A DNA stretch of 55,323 nucleotides from Catajapyx aquilonaris (Eukaryota). The stretch spans positions 1 to 55,323 of the forward strand of contig JYFJ02002534.1 in NCBI GenBank assembly GCA_000934665.2, given 5' to 3'. Made by a program: the position numbers and the translations under genes. The notes beneath the pieces were generated by a model. That model did not search any database. It was not told where the DNA came from and saw only the letters and a program-made list of their open reading frames with translations. Shown piece after piece: positions 34,263 to 47,100 of this stretch. The first letter of the stretch is position 1; every line of letters begins with the position of its first letter.

Positions 34263-34342
34263 TCATCCTCATTCAAATGTCTATATCAACACTTTCAACA
34301 CAAGTGTTGAAAGTGTTAATATAGACACCTGAATGAGGATGA
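34263..34342. repeat. 80-nt inverted repeat (39-bp arms, 2-nt spacer)
   Basis: TCATCCTCATTCAAATGTCTATATCAACACTTTCAACAC-AA-GTGTTGAAAGTGTTAATATAGACACCTGAATGAGGATGA, with three mismatches. Confidence 0.9.
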
Positions 34343-34456
34343 GGGGTTGATACAGAGTTATAGACAGTGGTCCTAGCCTGTGTTCATCTTTTGGCCTCCG
34401 ACGTCACTGTGCAAAATTGCATCCAAAACGGGTCAGTGTGACGTCAAAAAACCTAC

Positions 34457-34702
34457 CAGTTGAGCCAGTGCCCTCTGTGGCGGTAAAGTCCACGTTTGCC
34501 ATCGAACTGGAGGTTGTACTGGAGGATAAGCACCGAGGTGGTCCAAAGCCGTGGTGCTGTGGTACGCGAATGGTCGCATGGTAACCGCACGGTGGTTGTA
34601 ATACCCTGGTCTGGGTATGGGCGCACTGCTGTATAGCGGCTCGGGGGCGCTCTCCTTGCGACCCCCGCGTTTCTTCTTGTCCACAATCCCCATTGCTAAC
34701 AT
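34457..34702 (-). CDS. Candidate alternative first coding exon of the GCKIII kinase (MLAMGIVDKKKRGG...PPQRALAQL)
   Basis: GC-rich 82-codon ORF ending at a phase-0 donor CTG|GTAGGT, compatible with the phase-0 acceptor at 22333. Confidence 0.5.
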
Positions 34703-37700
34703 ATCCCTCCAAAGAGGCACTACCACCACACTGTCACACCGCTTTTTTTCCTTCTCTTCATCCGTGCCGGAGTATACACGAACCTTCCACGGAGGCCAGT
34801 CAGCCAGCACTGGCCTACCTGGATGCAGGCTGGCTTTACCTTCAAGGTGACTGGCCAAGGGGAACCGCTACCACTCACTGGTGGAAGACTAGACGATGCA
34901 GCTGCCCTCTGTGTCCTACCACAACGTCTTCACCACTGTTTGGGAGTGGTTCCTTCCTTCGCGTGCTGCGGCAATGGAACCCTATTTGTGCTAATCCGAA
35001 TCGCAACCTTGCATGCCAAGGTCTAACCTGGTCACTATGACATACCGGATGTCCTGCAGCACAACACCATCCAAATCGGAAGTGTCATGGATGATTCATC
35101 CGCATTTTTTTTTGACGCACTTGTAACGAACAAAAATTTGCTCAGCTACTGCAATGCATTATCAGCAGCGGGTCAACAATGTGAGTCATTCTCTGCGCGT
35201 TCCATGTGTAATTAGATGGTCCCCCAGCGAATTCGTATCACCAACAAAAATCCGAAAATTTGTGCCCCGTTTCAAAAAAAGGTCGTAAAAATAAATTAGC
35301 GAAAATGCAGCACCAGGGAAGAGATGGGTCGACAAGTGGTGTGTCGCACAGCCGCAAATTGAAACGAGCTTTTTTCTGTTTGGCAACATTGAATCCGGGG
35401 GCTCGTCTACTATTCTCGCTCGGTAACGACCTGTTTAGGCTATCGATCAACAGGGTTACAATGAAATACGAGTTTATCCCACACGACTGTAGTTTAACAA
35501 ACAAGAAGTAGAGCACTTTGTTAGTTACACCCTTTTTTTCCAGGCCGCATGTACAGTACTGGTGAAATGTAACTCTGCACTTGTGTCATGAGAGAAAAGA
35601 AGATATACCGCCAGGAGTGGGGTTGAGTATGTGCTATTGGCCCCAGCAGAACACTCAGCAAAAAATTAATTTAAAAAAATGAATGCCTTATCACAATATT
35701 ACGACATAAATATGGCTCTTCCACGATTTTTCCACAAAATTTTTAAAACATCGCCATATCACTTCCTGGTTCCTTTTACTAAACAATCGCCAGATCTTGC
35801 CCCACGTATACTCGACCATCCCATCTGCGGATAAGGTGACGTGCCCTTGTAGGGCCCAATTTATGCTAATGGAAAGTTGGAGGGAACAATGGGGAATGGA
35901 AGAGCCCCAAGACAAGGAAGGCCTGAGAGGGTGGTGTCCGAAGAAAAAAAACAGACGAGGGATGCTGCATATTAAGAGCCACGACATGTCTCTCCTATAG
36001 TCACGCTTTCCAGAAAAGAAAGTGTTGTCAACCGCCTTACATCGTGCGTGATTGGTAGAAGCATACATGTTTCGCAAAGTAATATTCGTTTCGGTCTCAA
36101 AAACGTCGTGACACAGCGACAATTGTCCAGGATGGATTATTGTGATTCACGGTGTTATTTGTGGCGATTACGCAACAAGCAGTGAAAGGAGAGTGTAAAA
36201 AAATCGTACCATACCAGAAGTGCACCGGTTGAGTGAAATATTAAAAGGTCAAATACTTTTCAGCCATGCTATTATTACGCTTGGCCATTCTTTTTTTTAA
36301 ATAACTCCTAAATTAATGTACTTGAAACAATGTGAAAATTCGCTGGAGCTTTGAGCGATTAAGTACTCATTTCTAAACGAATTATACCAGCCTGCACATT
36401 ATATCAATACATTATGCACACAATGAAAACTATTACAGAAAGACTTCCTTCAACAATATACACGTTCTTTGACATTCATTGGCCGCACAACCGAAAGTTG
36501 ATTTTCTCTTCATCAGTTCACCAGTCAAATTCGGTCCCATTAATGGCGCTGCACAAAAGCAGACTTTCAAATCCTACCCGCTTTATATGAATTTTAAATA
36601 GGCAAAAATGTCCAGATTGTTCGGTTTCTCCCTGCATTTTTACGCCCACAATACTGCCCTAGATCTGCGACGTGACTTTACAGCGCTCACCACAAAATTC
36701 GAGCTCATTTCGCTTTTCTTCGAAAGCCCGCCGCTTTCTCACGCGCACATATTCGAGGACTAATAACCACCACCAAGTGCGATATAAAATCACCATAAAC
36801 TTACCGTCCTTAAGAACCAACCGGTAATCACTTTCCGCAGATGTTCATAAAATCAGGCCCACCCATTGAAAGGCATAATTCATCGCCTCGCTCTGTCGCA
36901 TATTACACCGCGTCCAATTAGTCGAAATAAATCTAGTTTGCATAATCATCTCCGTCTGCGGCGGTCTGTCATTTACATTTCCACGCCGCTAGATTGGTCT
37001 GCTGTGGCTAATTATGTTGGTAAAGGTCACTAGACAAACGGCCAAAATATTCCCCAAAGTACTGCGGAGACTCTCGAACAAATAAATCGATTTGCACTTT
37101 ATCTCCTCCATGTCAATCAGTGCTCTACGACAGAAAAAAAAAGAGCCATTGCAGCGAAAAAATTAGAATAGATTTTACGCGGAATAGAGAGCTAACAGGA
37201 TTCAAACAAAGGCCTTACAATTCTGTGAAGAGATGTCTCTATAGCGACGGTTTTTGAACCTACGTGTGGAGTTTACTAAGGTTAGAGTTCTGGGAACTGC
37301 AGTTTGTTCAAACTTAAAGAATACCAGTCCTTTCAACTCTCATAATATTACTTTATTTCAAACGCAATCTGTTTCTTCATTAACTGTGCAGATGCTGCAT
37401 TATTATTTTTATTATCTCGATAAAGGCCGCGGGGTCGGTTACGCGTTCCAGTCCGGAAATGCAAACAGTTGGGATTATTAGTTGTGTTTTAATTGCAGTT
37501 TTCATGTTATTGCGGCATGTATTTTGCTACGGCTGTAATTTCATAGGCTACTATATTCGTTCTGTTCCTGTATGGAAGTTGCAACAAGTTATTATTGTGG
37601 AAAGCCCTTGCCAGTTTTCTCCTCATTTTAATTGCCAATTTCGAATGGCCTTTATATTACGAATACTACAAAAGCAGTGGTGTGACATGCTGCATTATGT

Positions 37701-40691
37701 GAACTGTACAGGTTCTGACTTGTATAACAATCATTCAGCACACCTGGTCTTCCAATATGTAAACGAAAATCCACATGAATGATGTATAAAAATCAGCTGT
37801 CCCCTCGAAATAATTTAGAAATTATCAAAATAGTTGTCGAATGATGGCATACACAATTCATGGGAAACCCACCCATATTATACCACATTTCTCGAACGCA
37901 ACAACCCTGCAGATATCCCAACACCACATCCTTCCGGCATGCCACGCGACAACTTCCCCACCACTTTGATAACATCGCCATGAGTACCAAATCCCAACCC
38001 GGACAACCTCTACTTAAAAAAATCCCATGACCCCATCTCAAAGGCTAAGGTCGGATCCAATCGAAACCTCCCGGATGGAAATATGTCTGTGTGTGTCAGG
38101 CATCCTTCTTCCTCCAGGCTGCAACATGCATTGAAGAGGAAGAACAAGCAGGGGTCCAAATGAAAATCCAATCCCCCCCCACAGTACCCCCACAGGGTCC
38201 CTCCCAAACCACCGTGCCTGGCAGCCAGGCAGAGCATGCCAATTCAATTCCCTTTAATTCACACGGGCTCGTAATTTCCTGGCCATTTCTTGCCTGCAGC
38301 CAGGCACCGATGGCATGGAAAATGTCTCCGCCACCTTCTCATTAGGTGGGCGACGCGGAAGAGGAGGGGCTCCCCCCCCCCCCTCCCCCGACTTTTTTTT
38401 TTTCTTCTTCTTCCATTGGGTGGGGCTGACGACCCTCTGCTAATCGCTGCAATCTCTTCAAGGACTCGACCAACGCAGATTCTTCGGCCAACTGGTACCC
38501 TGAATCTGTAAACTTCGGGTGTGCCCTACGGTGTGGTCAACCAAAGTCAAACTTTTTGTCTAGAACTAAAATTAGTTGCACATGTATCAAAAACTGCGAA
38601 AAATCCCACCAAATGAAAAAAAAAACTACGCACTTAAAAAAAAACTGCTTTAATTACACGCAATTTCTAACTCCCAGGTCAAATCCCGCTCGTCATATAT
38701 TTAAAAAAAAGCGCATTTCCCCTTAACTTGCTGAAGCTATTTTTTAATTAGCCTCTTGCCCGTATTCATGGGCGACAGCAGCGCTCCCGGCGAGCGAATA
38801 ACTAAAGGACCTACCTAATTTCACACAAAAGGCGACCGCTGCAAAAAATATGAGTTGTAGCCTCATTTAAATTTTTAATCGCCGTCCCCCGGAATTTCTG
38901 CACAGATTGAGGTAGACGGCCTGCAGGCCACTAAAAAGTTTAGCCGTAACACACCATACCATGATGGAACAAGACTAGGTCCATCAATATCTCCGTATCC
39001 TCCCGGGTACGCCTCTTATCCCCACCCTTATACACCCCCATCACATCCCACCCAAGTTAAGCTGATTAACACTGATCATTCTGGCCAGATTTGTGGTAAT
39101 GACTCTCAAGCTTACCGGGGGGGTAACATCAGGGAATTCCCAGAAAGCTGCTGGAAATCGGATCCCTTTGAAATCAACAAGGTTCCCGCCGGAAACCAAC
39201 TGTACCTCCCTGTGTGTCAAACGCGACCGAGATAGACTTTTGTGCTCCAGTAGATTTTACAACTCTATTTTTACAAGAATTTGGTTCAAGGCAAAAGCGA
39301 TTAATCAACAGACCGGCTTTGAAGCGAGCGTAATTATTGTCAGTTTTGCATCCGTTAAAAATAGAGGATTCTGTGCGCTGGCGTAACGGACGCTAATTGC
39401 AAGCCCCCGTTGCGAAGTAATCATATTTCATGCCCCCCTCTCAACTACAGGCCCGCAGCATTATCCATAAGACCGAGTAATACACTTATTCCAGCAAGTG
39501 CTCCGAGATGTTGAAATTACGGGCCACCCAGTAGAGTGCCTTGAATAGCACCGAGGCTACAGATGTTCTCAAGCTGGCCGCGACAATCATGTAAGTTAAC
39601 AACGCAAATTCGTAACTAAACAACGTTATGTAATGAGAGTCTGCCACCAACTGGTGTGCGCCTGCCGACCTTGGTCACGCAATGCAGCACTGCTTCTTGG
39701 GTTGCTTGTTTCTCAGGATGAACTTTTCTGCATCCAACCAAAAAGAGCTGGCACAAAATTCTCTGGAACACCACTATTACACCCCCCACAAGAATCGGGT
39801 TCGCAACCGCTACCCACATGCATCACTGTATATGTCAATATTTTCGATCCACCAGTAATATTTCCAGAATTCAATTATTATTCTGGTTATATTTGGGAGT
39901 GATTTTCCCATTTGTCTTTACAAAAGGGCTGGCCCAGCACTTACATAAGGTGGCGTTTATAAATGTGGGTTGTGCACCCGCCCTTTGTGTATAGCGCCCC
40001 ATAAATTAGACTATCCAATCACGATAATGCTCCGGAAAAGTCCCCTTGACCAAACCCGAGCACGCAGTGTACGCTGGGTTCATGCCAGGCACGTGAAAGC
40101 CTCGACTTCGACAAAATTGGAAGAAAAAGAGCCGAAGTCACTTTACTTTCAGGTCAGTCATTGGAACCTTTTTTGATAGGGCACTATAAATGAGATTAAA
40201 AGACCACTCCAAAGCGCAAAAGGTGGCGAAGGATACACTTCTAAACGTGGGCTAAATAAAGTGGGTTTTGGAGTTTCACCTTTGCTCTTACAGTGCCAGG
40301 TATATCGAATGGTGCCTGCAAAAAAAGGTCAGTGGTCGTCAAGACACTGTAGCACCTTTCGCTATATACGACTACCCAGAACCCAACTCACAGCGCAGGG
40401 TTTTATTTATGACCACTTCTAAACCGGAATTAGAACCATCTTACTCTTGACTCACGAAAAGGTGGGACGAAACATGCAAACCCCAAACGCAAAGCAACGA
40501 TTTTTATATTTTCGTTTTGGAGGACTACACGGAACCCATACTGATGAATTGATTATTCCAGTCAATACTGCGTCACCGGTACAGTAAAGGGCATAAATTT
40601 TGGGTAGCTCAAACAGTTATGCAACTGTGAATTGCATATAAGCTGTTTGGGGTTATTGGGTGAGGAAATACCAGATGTTGGCCTATCTTAC

Positions 40692-41102
40692 CATCTTCAT
40701 AGGCGGCCTCCACCGCATCGGCTGGGCCTTGCTCTTGTGCAGCACCATCCTCCTAAGGGCCCTTAGGATGGCACTTGGGCGCACTCGGCGCAGCAACCCA
40801 CACCACCGGAGCCCCCTCGGGGGTTTGGGCAGGGCCAAGAGGGCCCTGGCCGCAATGCTGAAGACCCGCACCGAGAAGGAGGAAGTCGGGAGCCCTCCGA
40901 AGACCACCACGTCCTCTGCACACCCGATCCGGAGGCTTCCTTTGCCGGCCCGAGGCCTACGGGACGCCCTCCGATACTTTTGCACCCTAGCCCACAGCAG
41001 CGTACATCTCCTTCCTGTCTCAGGAGAGCCGCAGCTGCACTCCGGTACGCCAACGCATCGTCCTGAACAATCCAAGTCCGCCTTGTACTGGGGCTTCTTC
41101 AT
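40692..41102 (-). CDS. Candidate alternative first coding exon of the GCKIII kinase (MKKPQYKAD...MRWRPPMKM)
   Basis: GC-rich island with a 137-codon ORF ending at a strong phase-0 donor ATG|GTAAGA. The real start could be one of the downstream Met codons. Confidence 0.5.
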
Positions 41103-44100
41103 CACGATGCATCATGCATTTTTGCACAACATTGCGTTCCTAGAGGGTAATGTGCGGACGTCATGCAATGTTGCTCGCTCCCCGTGCGTGATTTTTGGCT
41201 ATCTTTGTAAGAAAGCGTTTTTAGTTCATCAGATTGCCAGGTGCGAGCGGCCAATCAAAGTGGGAAGGCAAAGAGTTTACTTTACGTTGGGAATGCAGTC
41301 GTCACGTAATGGAATGACGCACGCTTGACAATTACAACCAAAGGTCTAGTTATGTCTGTTGAAGCCAAGATATCTATTACGCAATTATACAAATTAGGCA
41401 TAATTTGAGGACAAACACGCTGCTTTTCCCTACCCACATGATGATTGCGCAACGATTCGCAATGGACGACCGTGAAGCCATATGCTAATGGCTTTTTCTT
41501 CTTCTTCGAAATAAATAACACGAGAGTTCAGCTATTTCGCTCAAAAACAAACAAAAAATAATCCATGAAATGTCAAGGGCAGGTGCGAGGACAACCTGGC
41601 TCTTTCCCACCATACCCAGCGCTCTGACAGTTACATTTAGCGAGACAGCTAATACGGGATTACTCCGGATTCTGCTCAGAGTGTTTGCAGTCGTGACGAG
41701 CGAGCTGTCAGGGCTTTGTTGCCCGAGAGAAATATAGTTGCAGAATGAAATACTTGGGCAAAGGTGACATTACACAAGTTCGGACTCTCACTTAGCGTTT
41801 GGACCTTGCTGCACTGCAAACCACTCCGCACAACTTTTAACAAATTAGTTACTTCTGATCGCTTCGACTGGCCACGGACTTTGATGCCCCCGATCGATTG
41901 CAGTTTCCAAGTTGAAACGTGAGAACTGTCTACGGTTCACAGCCGGCCATCCAATACTCAGCTTTCTGCACCTCTTCGCCCATGAAACTTGCCAATCGTA
42001 ACTTCGAACCTTTTTTCGTATCAAGTTTCTGCACTGAAGCGCCCTGGAGGCTTATGGTCCCTTATAAGAAACTACGCCGCGGGAACAACACTCCAAAAAA
42101 AAATTCCCACATCCACCGCACTTAAAGTGCTTCTTAAAAACCGTGGAGGACACCCATAAAATATAAGACGCCGTGCCACCGGCTCCACTTGGAATATTAG
42201 GCGTATTATCGACCGACATTGACATACAATTGACCCCGTTTACTGGGGTAATGAGCAAAGGAAGCGCCTGACGCCACAGCGATACCGCTCGCAAAATCAC
42301 AAATTTTGTGCAAGGTCAACACTGCACCTACTTACTGTCTCCTTCCTGCCCTTGACCGCCGGTCAACTCACCCCCTTAGCAATAAGGCAGTACAAGTAAC
42401 ACACTCTTACTATGAAATCATAGAAGAAGCCCCAGCAGCGAAACTTGGACCCCCTTCTTTTGATAGAAAAACCACCACCCCGAACCGTTCCCCGTGCCCC
42501 CGCCAGCTAGAGTGGGTTCGGGGGGTAGCTGGCAAGAAATCCCCCCCCCCNGCTGTACAGGAGCCTTGCGCGTTTCATGCCATCATGGGGGGCCCCCCTA
42601 CAGCATGCGCACTGGAGGCAACATCACCCCATGCCCTCAGGCCGACCTTACAGGTTGCCGTCCTGAGGAATGGTCCTCCTGGGGGCCAAATCGCACCATC
42701 GAGCCCCTTCAACGACAGGGCTTCCCCACAGCAGCGCCGATTTCCGGGGAAAAACAGGACGGGTAAATGGCCCAAGTTGCCTGACACGCGGGAAATCAGG
42801 TCGTATGTCGTACAAGACAGCGGATGGGGGATGCTCAAACGATCTGTTTGGTCATGGGAAAGGCGGGGGTGACCTCAACCGAGCTACAGTACCTAACCGA
42901 GCTGACGTCCCCGCATAGACAGCCATTTTTTCCCCCCTTACCAGATGGTTACGTGGCAGTACGTGATGCCTGATGCGAATTGCTGGGAAATACGTGGACA
43001 GAAAACCCAAAATCATCTTCGGATCCATAGATATTTCCTCCGCCAATTCCTTCCAGCAAAAATTCCGCTTAGTCCCAGGAGAATCTCCAGAAAATCTGAG
43101 GGCGGAGATCAATGCCAGGAGGGAAGCTGCGAGGAAGCCTAAGCCAAGGATATCTCCTCCTCTCCGGGTCTAATTCCTGGTAAAAGCCTGTTGGCTAATG
43201 TAGACACTCCCTAGGCAGCACAAAAGATATATCGAGCACTGCACTCCCCATACTAAAGTCACTGCAACGTCTGTGTACAATTTCATTTCCAAGTCTCTCC
43301 CAACGACTTGCCAATTCCCAAATTCTTTCCGCGCTCGTCGCAATGTTATGCTGATACGCCCATTTGTATTCCTGCCATTTTCATGAGAAACGGTCCCATT
43401 TCTGGTACTTCAATGCCAAGTGCGTTGTGTTGCTGCATGTCCTGCACAAAAGGGACACCGCGTGGGTTCTCTCATGAAACTTTCATGCCCAACCCTCATT
43501 AAACTTTCATCTCTGAATAAGTGTGTACATAACGTCCAGCTTCCTCATTATTTTCGTTATCGACTAGAAATATCCGACATCCCAATAAAAAAATATCCCG
43601 GATGATGTATGAACCACTTCAAAAAATGCCAGCTACCACCTAGTTTCACACCATTCTTTACTTGGAGGGAGGGGAGAGGTGTATAGAAATCGATTATAGG
43701 CGTCGGGTACGTTAACCCCCACATAACTTCATTCCCCCATACATGAGCCCAGCTTATTGGACGTCAGTAATGTGGGAACCTCGGGATGAAAAAGTTGCAG
43801 AAAAGGGCACGAACTCAACAAGTAAGTTATGGTATACCGCTGCAACAAAAAAAAAATTAATATCCTATACCACCCCCTCAGGCTTTCCGCACCGATAGCT
43901 CCGGAAGTCTCAGACCCGCCGAATTCCAGAAGATGACCACTTTCCCAATGTATACCGTATACCCTGCTGCTGAATCGATCACCGACTTGATGGGTCAATG
44001 AATTTTAATTGACACCCCCTTCCCAGCATTCCTGTTCGCTTAACGGATTTTACTGTGAGCGACACGCGATTCTCTTATTCAAACGAACGTTCTTCGCTCG

Positions 44101-47100
44101 GAGTTAATTTAATGTTTTTTCTTTCCTGCCGTGAAGTGTGCCGCCAAGTGGTTCGCAAATGAAGTCGCCACATTTGCACAGCGAGAAGTAAAAAGAAATA
44201 GAGCCTGAAGCCTTGGTCGTATTTTAATTTGTTCCGTCGTTTGGGAGAAGTTAGGGGGGGAAAAAAGCGCCGCAAGATGTTCCATTGGGAACCACTCCCA
44301 GCGATAACTTTGGAACCAATTTGACGCTCCTGGAAATCAATTTAGGAGATGGTCTATACGTGATGAAAGAGCAAGGGGAGTTTTTAGGAAGTTACCGCTG
44401 CTGGACCTTTTCCAAGCTGGTTTAGTGCGCAAGATAGTGTAGGGGTATACATGCCTGCTTTGGCATTTGAAATGAGATGGGTCTAGCGGAAGTGCCTTCA
44501 GAAGCCGTGGTGGGACGACTGGTGGTGAATACAACCCAGCTCCCTTCAACATACTCTACGCAATTCGATTCTGATGCTCTCAAATAGCGCGGTCAGCAAA
44601 CTGATCGCATTCTTCATTGAAGGTGAATAGCACTTGCTTATTAAAATAAGTCGCACACTGCTTGCCAGAAGTTTCAAACTCCTGCAAATTAACACTACAC
44701 TGCTTCCAACTTTCAGAAATGCAACGTTTCGTTTCACAATTTTTGCATGCAGCATGCACTGCCAAGCAATCATTTACAAATTCGAACCCTCTGAATCCAC
44801 ACGGCTGGCAAGTGACCTGTTAGTACATTTCACCTCTGCAACTAAAATGAATTTGAAATTTGCGTGCATTTTAAGACTTGGCATGTCGCACTCTAACGCC
44901 GCATGTGCAGCACCCCCCAATCACTCAGACGGGACAACAGGCCACTTCATCTTCACAATATCCCCAACTGGAGGGCTATGAGATCGACCCTGACATTCAC
45001 AGACGAGCCAAGCAGTATGGGGGACCGTTAGGCCTTTTATATTTCACTGCAGCCATTTATAACCTCCAAAAGAGAAGAAAGAGAAGAAATACGCCGACTC
45101 TTTCCTCCCTCGGCAACTGAGAGGCTGATGGTTCGCATCAGTATATACCGTAACTCCCAGAAGCTCCTATGGATGAAAACAAAATGACCCCGGAGTCATT
45201 TTACGACCTCTGAGCCCAGCTCATCCCTTGCTTCCTATTCCTCACTTCCTTTTTTCCGTCTTTCTCCAGAGGACCCAGTGTGTAAGCGCCTTCCCAAGAG
45301 TTCTCCCCAAATCGATCCCCGAACTGCGAAGGCGTTTCCCTCCCCCCTCAACAAGGCCGAAATTGTGGGTTAGTCGGCCCCTCTCAAGGCCCTGCCTCCT
45401 GGCTGGGGGCCAGGGCCAGGGTCGATCCCAGGACCCCGCCCTTCCCATTCATCCAAAACCTAACGATGAGACTCAACCTCCTGGGCTCATTAGGCCCGGA
45501 AGTGCTGGGAGGGCCTGTTGTTATTGTTCAGAAACTGTACTGGTACACATTACAATTCACTGCCAGTCAACAGTTCATTGCTAATCCCTCAGTTTTTATG
45601 CCCAAAAACCTCCCTGGATTCGGTCCAACACACAAAGGTGCCCCCAATTCCTTCCAGAAGCTGCTCTTGGCAACAAGGATTTTTCTTTTCCGCCCGGGCC
45701 GTCCCAAAGCGGAAGTTTCTCAAAGCTAATGGGAATAGCTAAAGCATTCCACGTCACCTCGGGACATGTCTATCCTGGCAGCTAGGCCTTAGTGCAACGC
45801 AAAGAAGCGACACTGGTTGCACAACGGCCAGGATAACAACTAGTTAGATAATTCATTCACTGCAGATGTTGCAAGTGACGACATCCATAATCCAACTAAA
45901 GCCTGGAGATCTGTCAGCCCCCCCAGCTTGCACATCCTATGGTTTATTTCACTCGCCCAGTAAAATCGGTGTGGCACCAAGAAGCATCATTAATTCATGC
46001 GAGTGCCACTGCGCCATAATGGCCAATTTCTGAGGCGTTGTCAAGAGTCGCTGGGTTGCTGGTTATTATAAGGCAAGGCTATACTTTTACGACCTGTGAA
46101 AGTGCAGGCTCAAATCAATGGCAGTCCCTGGGCTCGTCCATATTAATGGCCTACCTGTCCCACTTTTAGGCGTCCAGCTTTTCTTCTGACGTTTACAGAG
46201 CACTCTGGTGGAGAGGAACAATATCCGGACAGTATCCCCTGGTGGTCTGGGCCATTGCCTCGCCTTAATTTCCATCGCGCAAAATTCATAGACTAATTTG
46301 CGTGCAATATTAATTACACCGTTGCTTCAGGTAAATGAGTGTTGCTAGTCCTGCAGGATGAATATTAATGCTAGTAATTGTGAGCAACCGCCACTCTAGC
46401 CCGTGAGGCGGTATCTAGTATCGAATAGTGGAAACTCGAGGCAATACACTCCAGCAGACTGACGGGTATTCATCGATTTATACATCCATAAATCATTCTA
46501 AGATTTTTCCAGTAAGAAATTTCAGGGAGGCCATATTGCATCGAATATTATCGGCAACATTTTCTTATGACAATAATTATCCGATAGCACACAATTATAT
46601 CCACGTCCTGACGATGACGGCTCGGAAATACCTTTGATAAGCTACATCGCCTGACTAACATCTCCAGCTTCCCATTTGCAGTTTGGCCCTTAACGATGTC
46701 CAGAAACTCCCGAGTTAAAAAAGTTGAGCTCCATCCCCTAAAAAAACAAGACTTACAGCGCCAGTAACTTGGGCCACTGTCAAACAAGCTTCGTTATCCC
46801 GGTCCTACCCCGACGACGTCCTCGATCTTCGTCATTGTCATGTGCCAACAGCTTAATAAGCAGCGCTTGCACTCCATACGGGTCTAATCTACGCGCTGCT
46901 AAGTGATGCCAAGTTTACCATGATAGGTGACACGATGGGACTTAGAAGGGCAAGGCCACACATTGCCATTTTAATCGAGTTTCCGCAAAACTCCTGCAAT
47001 GCGGATAGCGGCATTTGGCCATTTTCCTTCTGATATTCACAGGACGTTGTTTCTACATGGTCCCGAGATGTCACTCGGTGACTGAGAATTTGTATCTCCG

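Noticed and set aside
36041..36064. Very short phase-0 ATG-to-donor segment (MLLPITHD), and similarly MKNMIG at 25067-25050
   Set aside because: Poor context or weak donor. These show that such short matches occur by chance.
40660..41328. 222-aa plus-strand ORF
   Set aside because: GTG start and no recognisable domain. It is explained by the GC-rich island and is antisense to the better-supported donor-terminated minus ORF.
42306..42872. 188-aa plus-strand ORF
   Set aside because: Non-ATG start, runs through an N in a poly-C tract, Pro-rich low-information sequence with no family motif.
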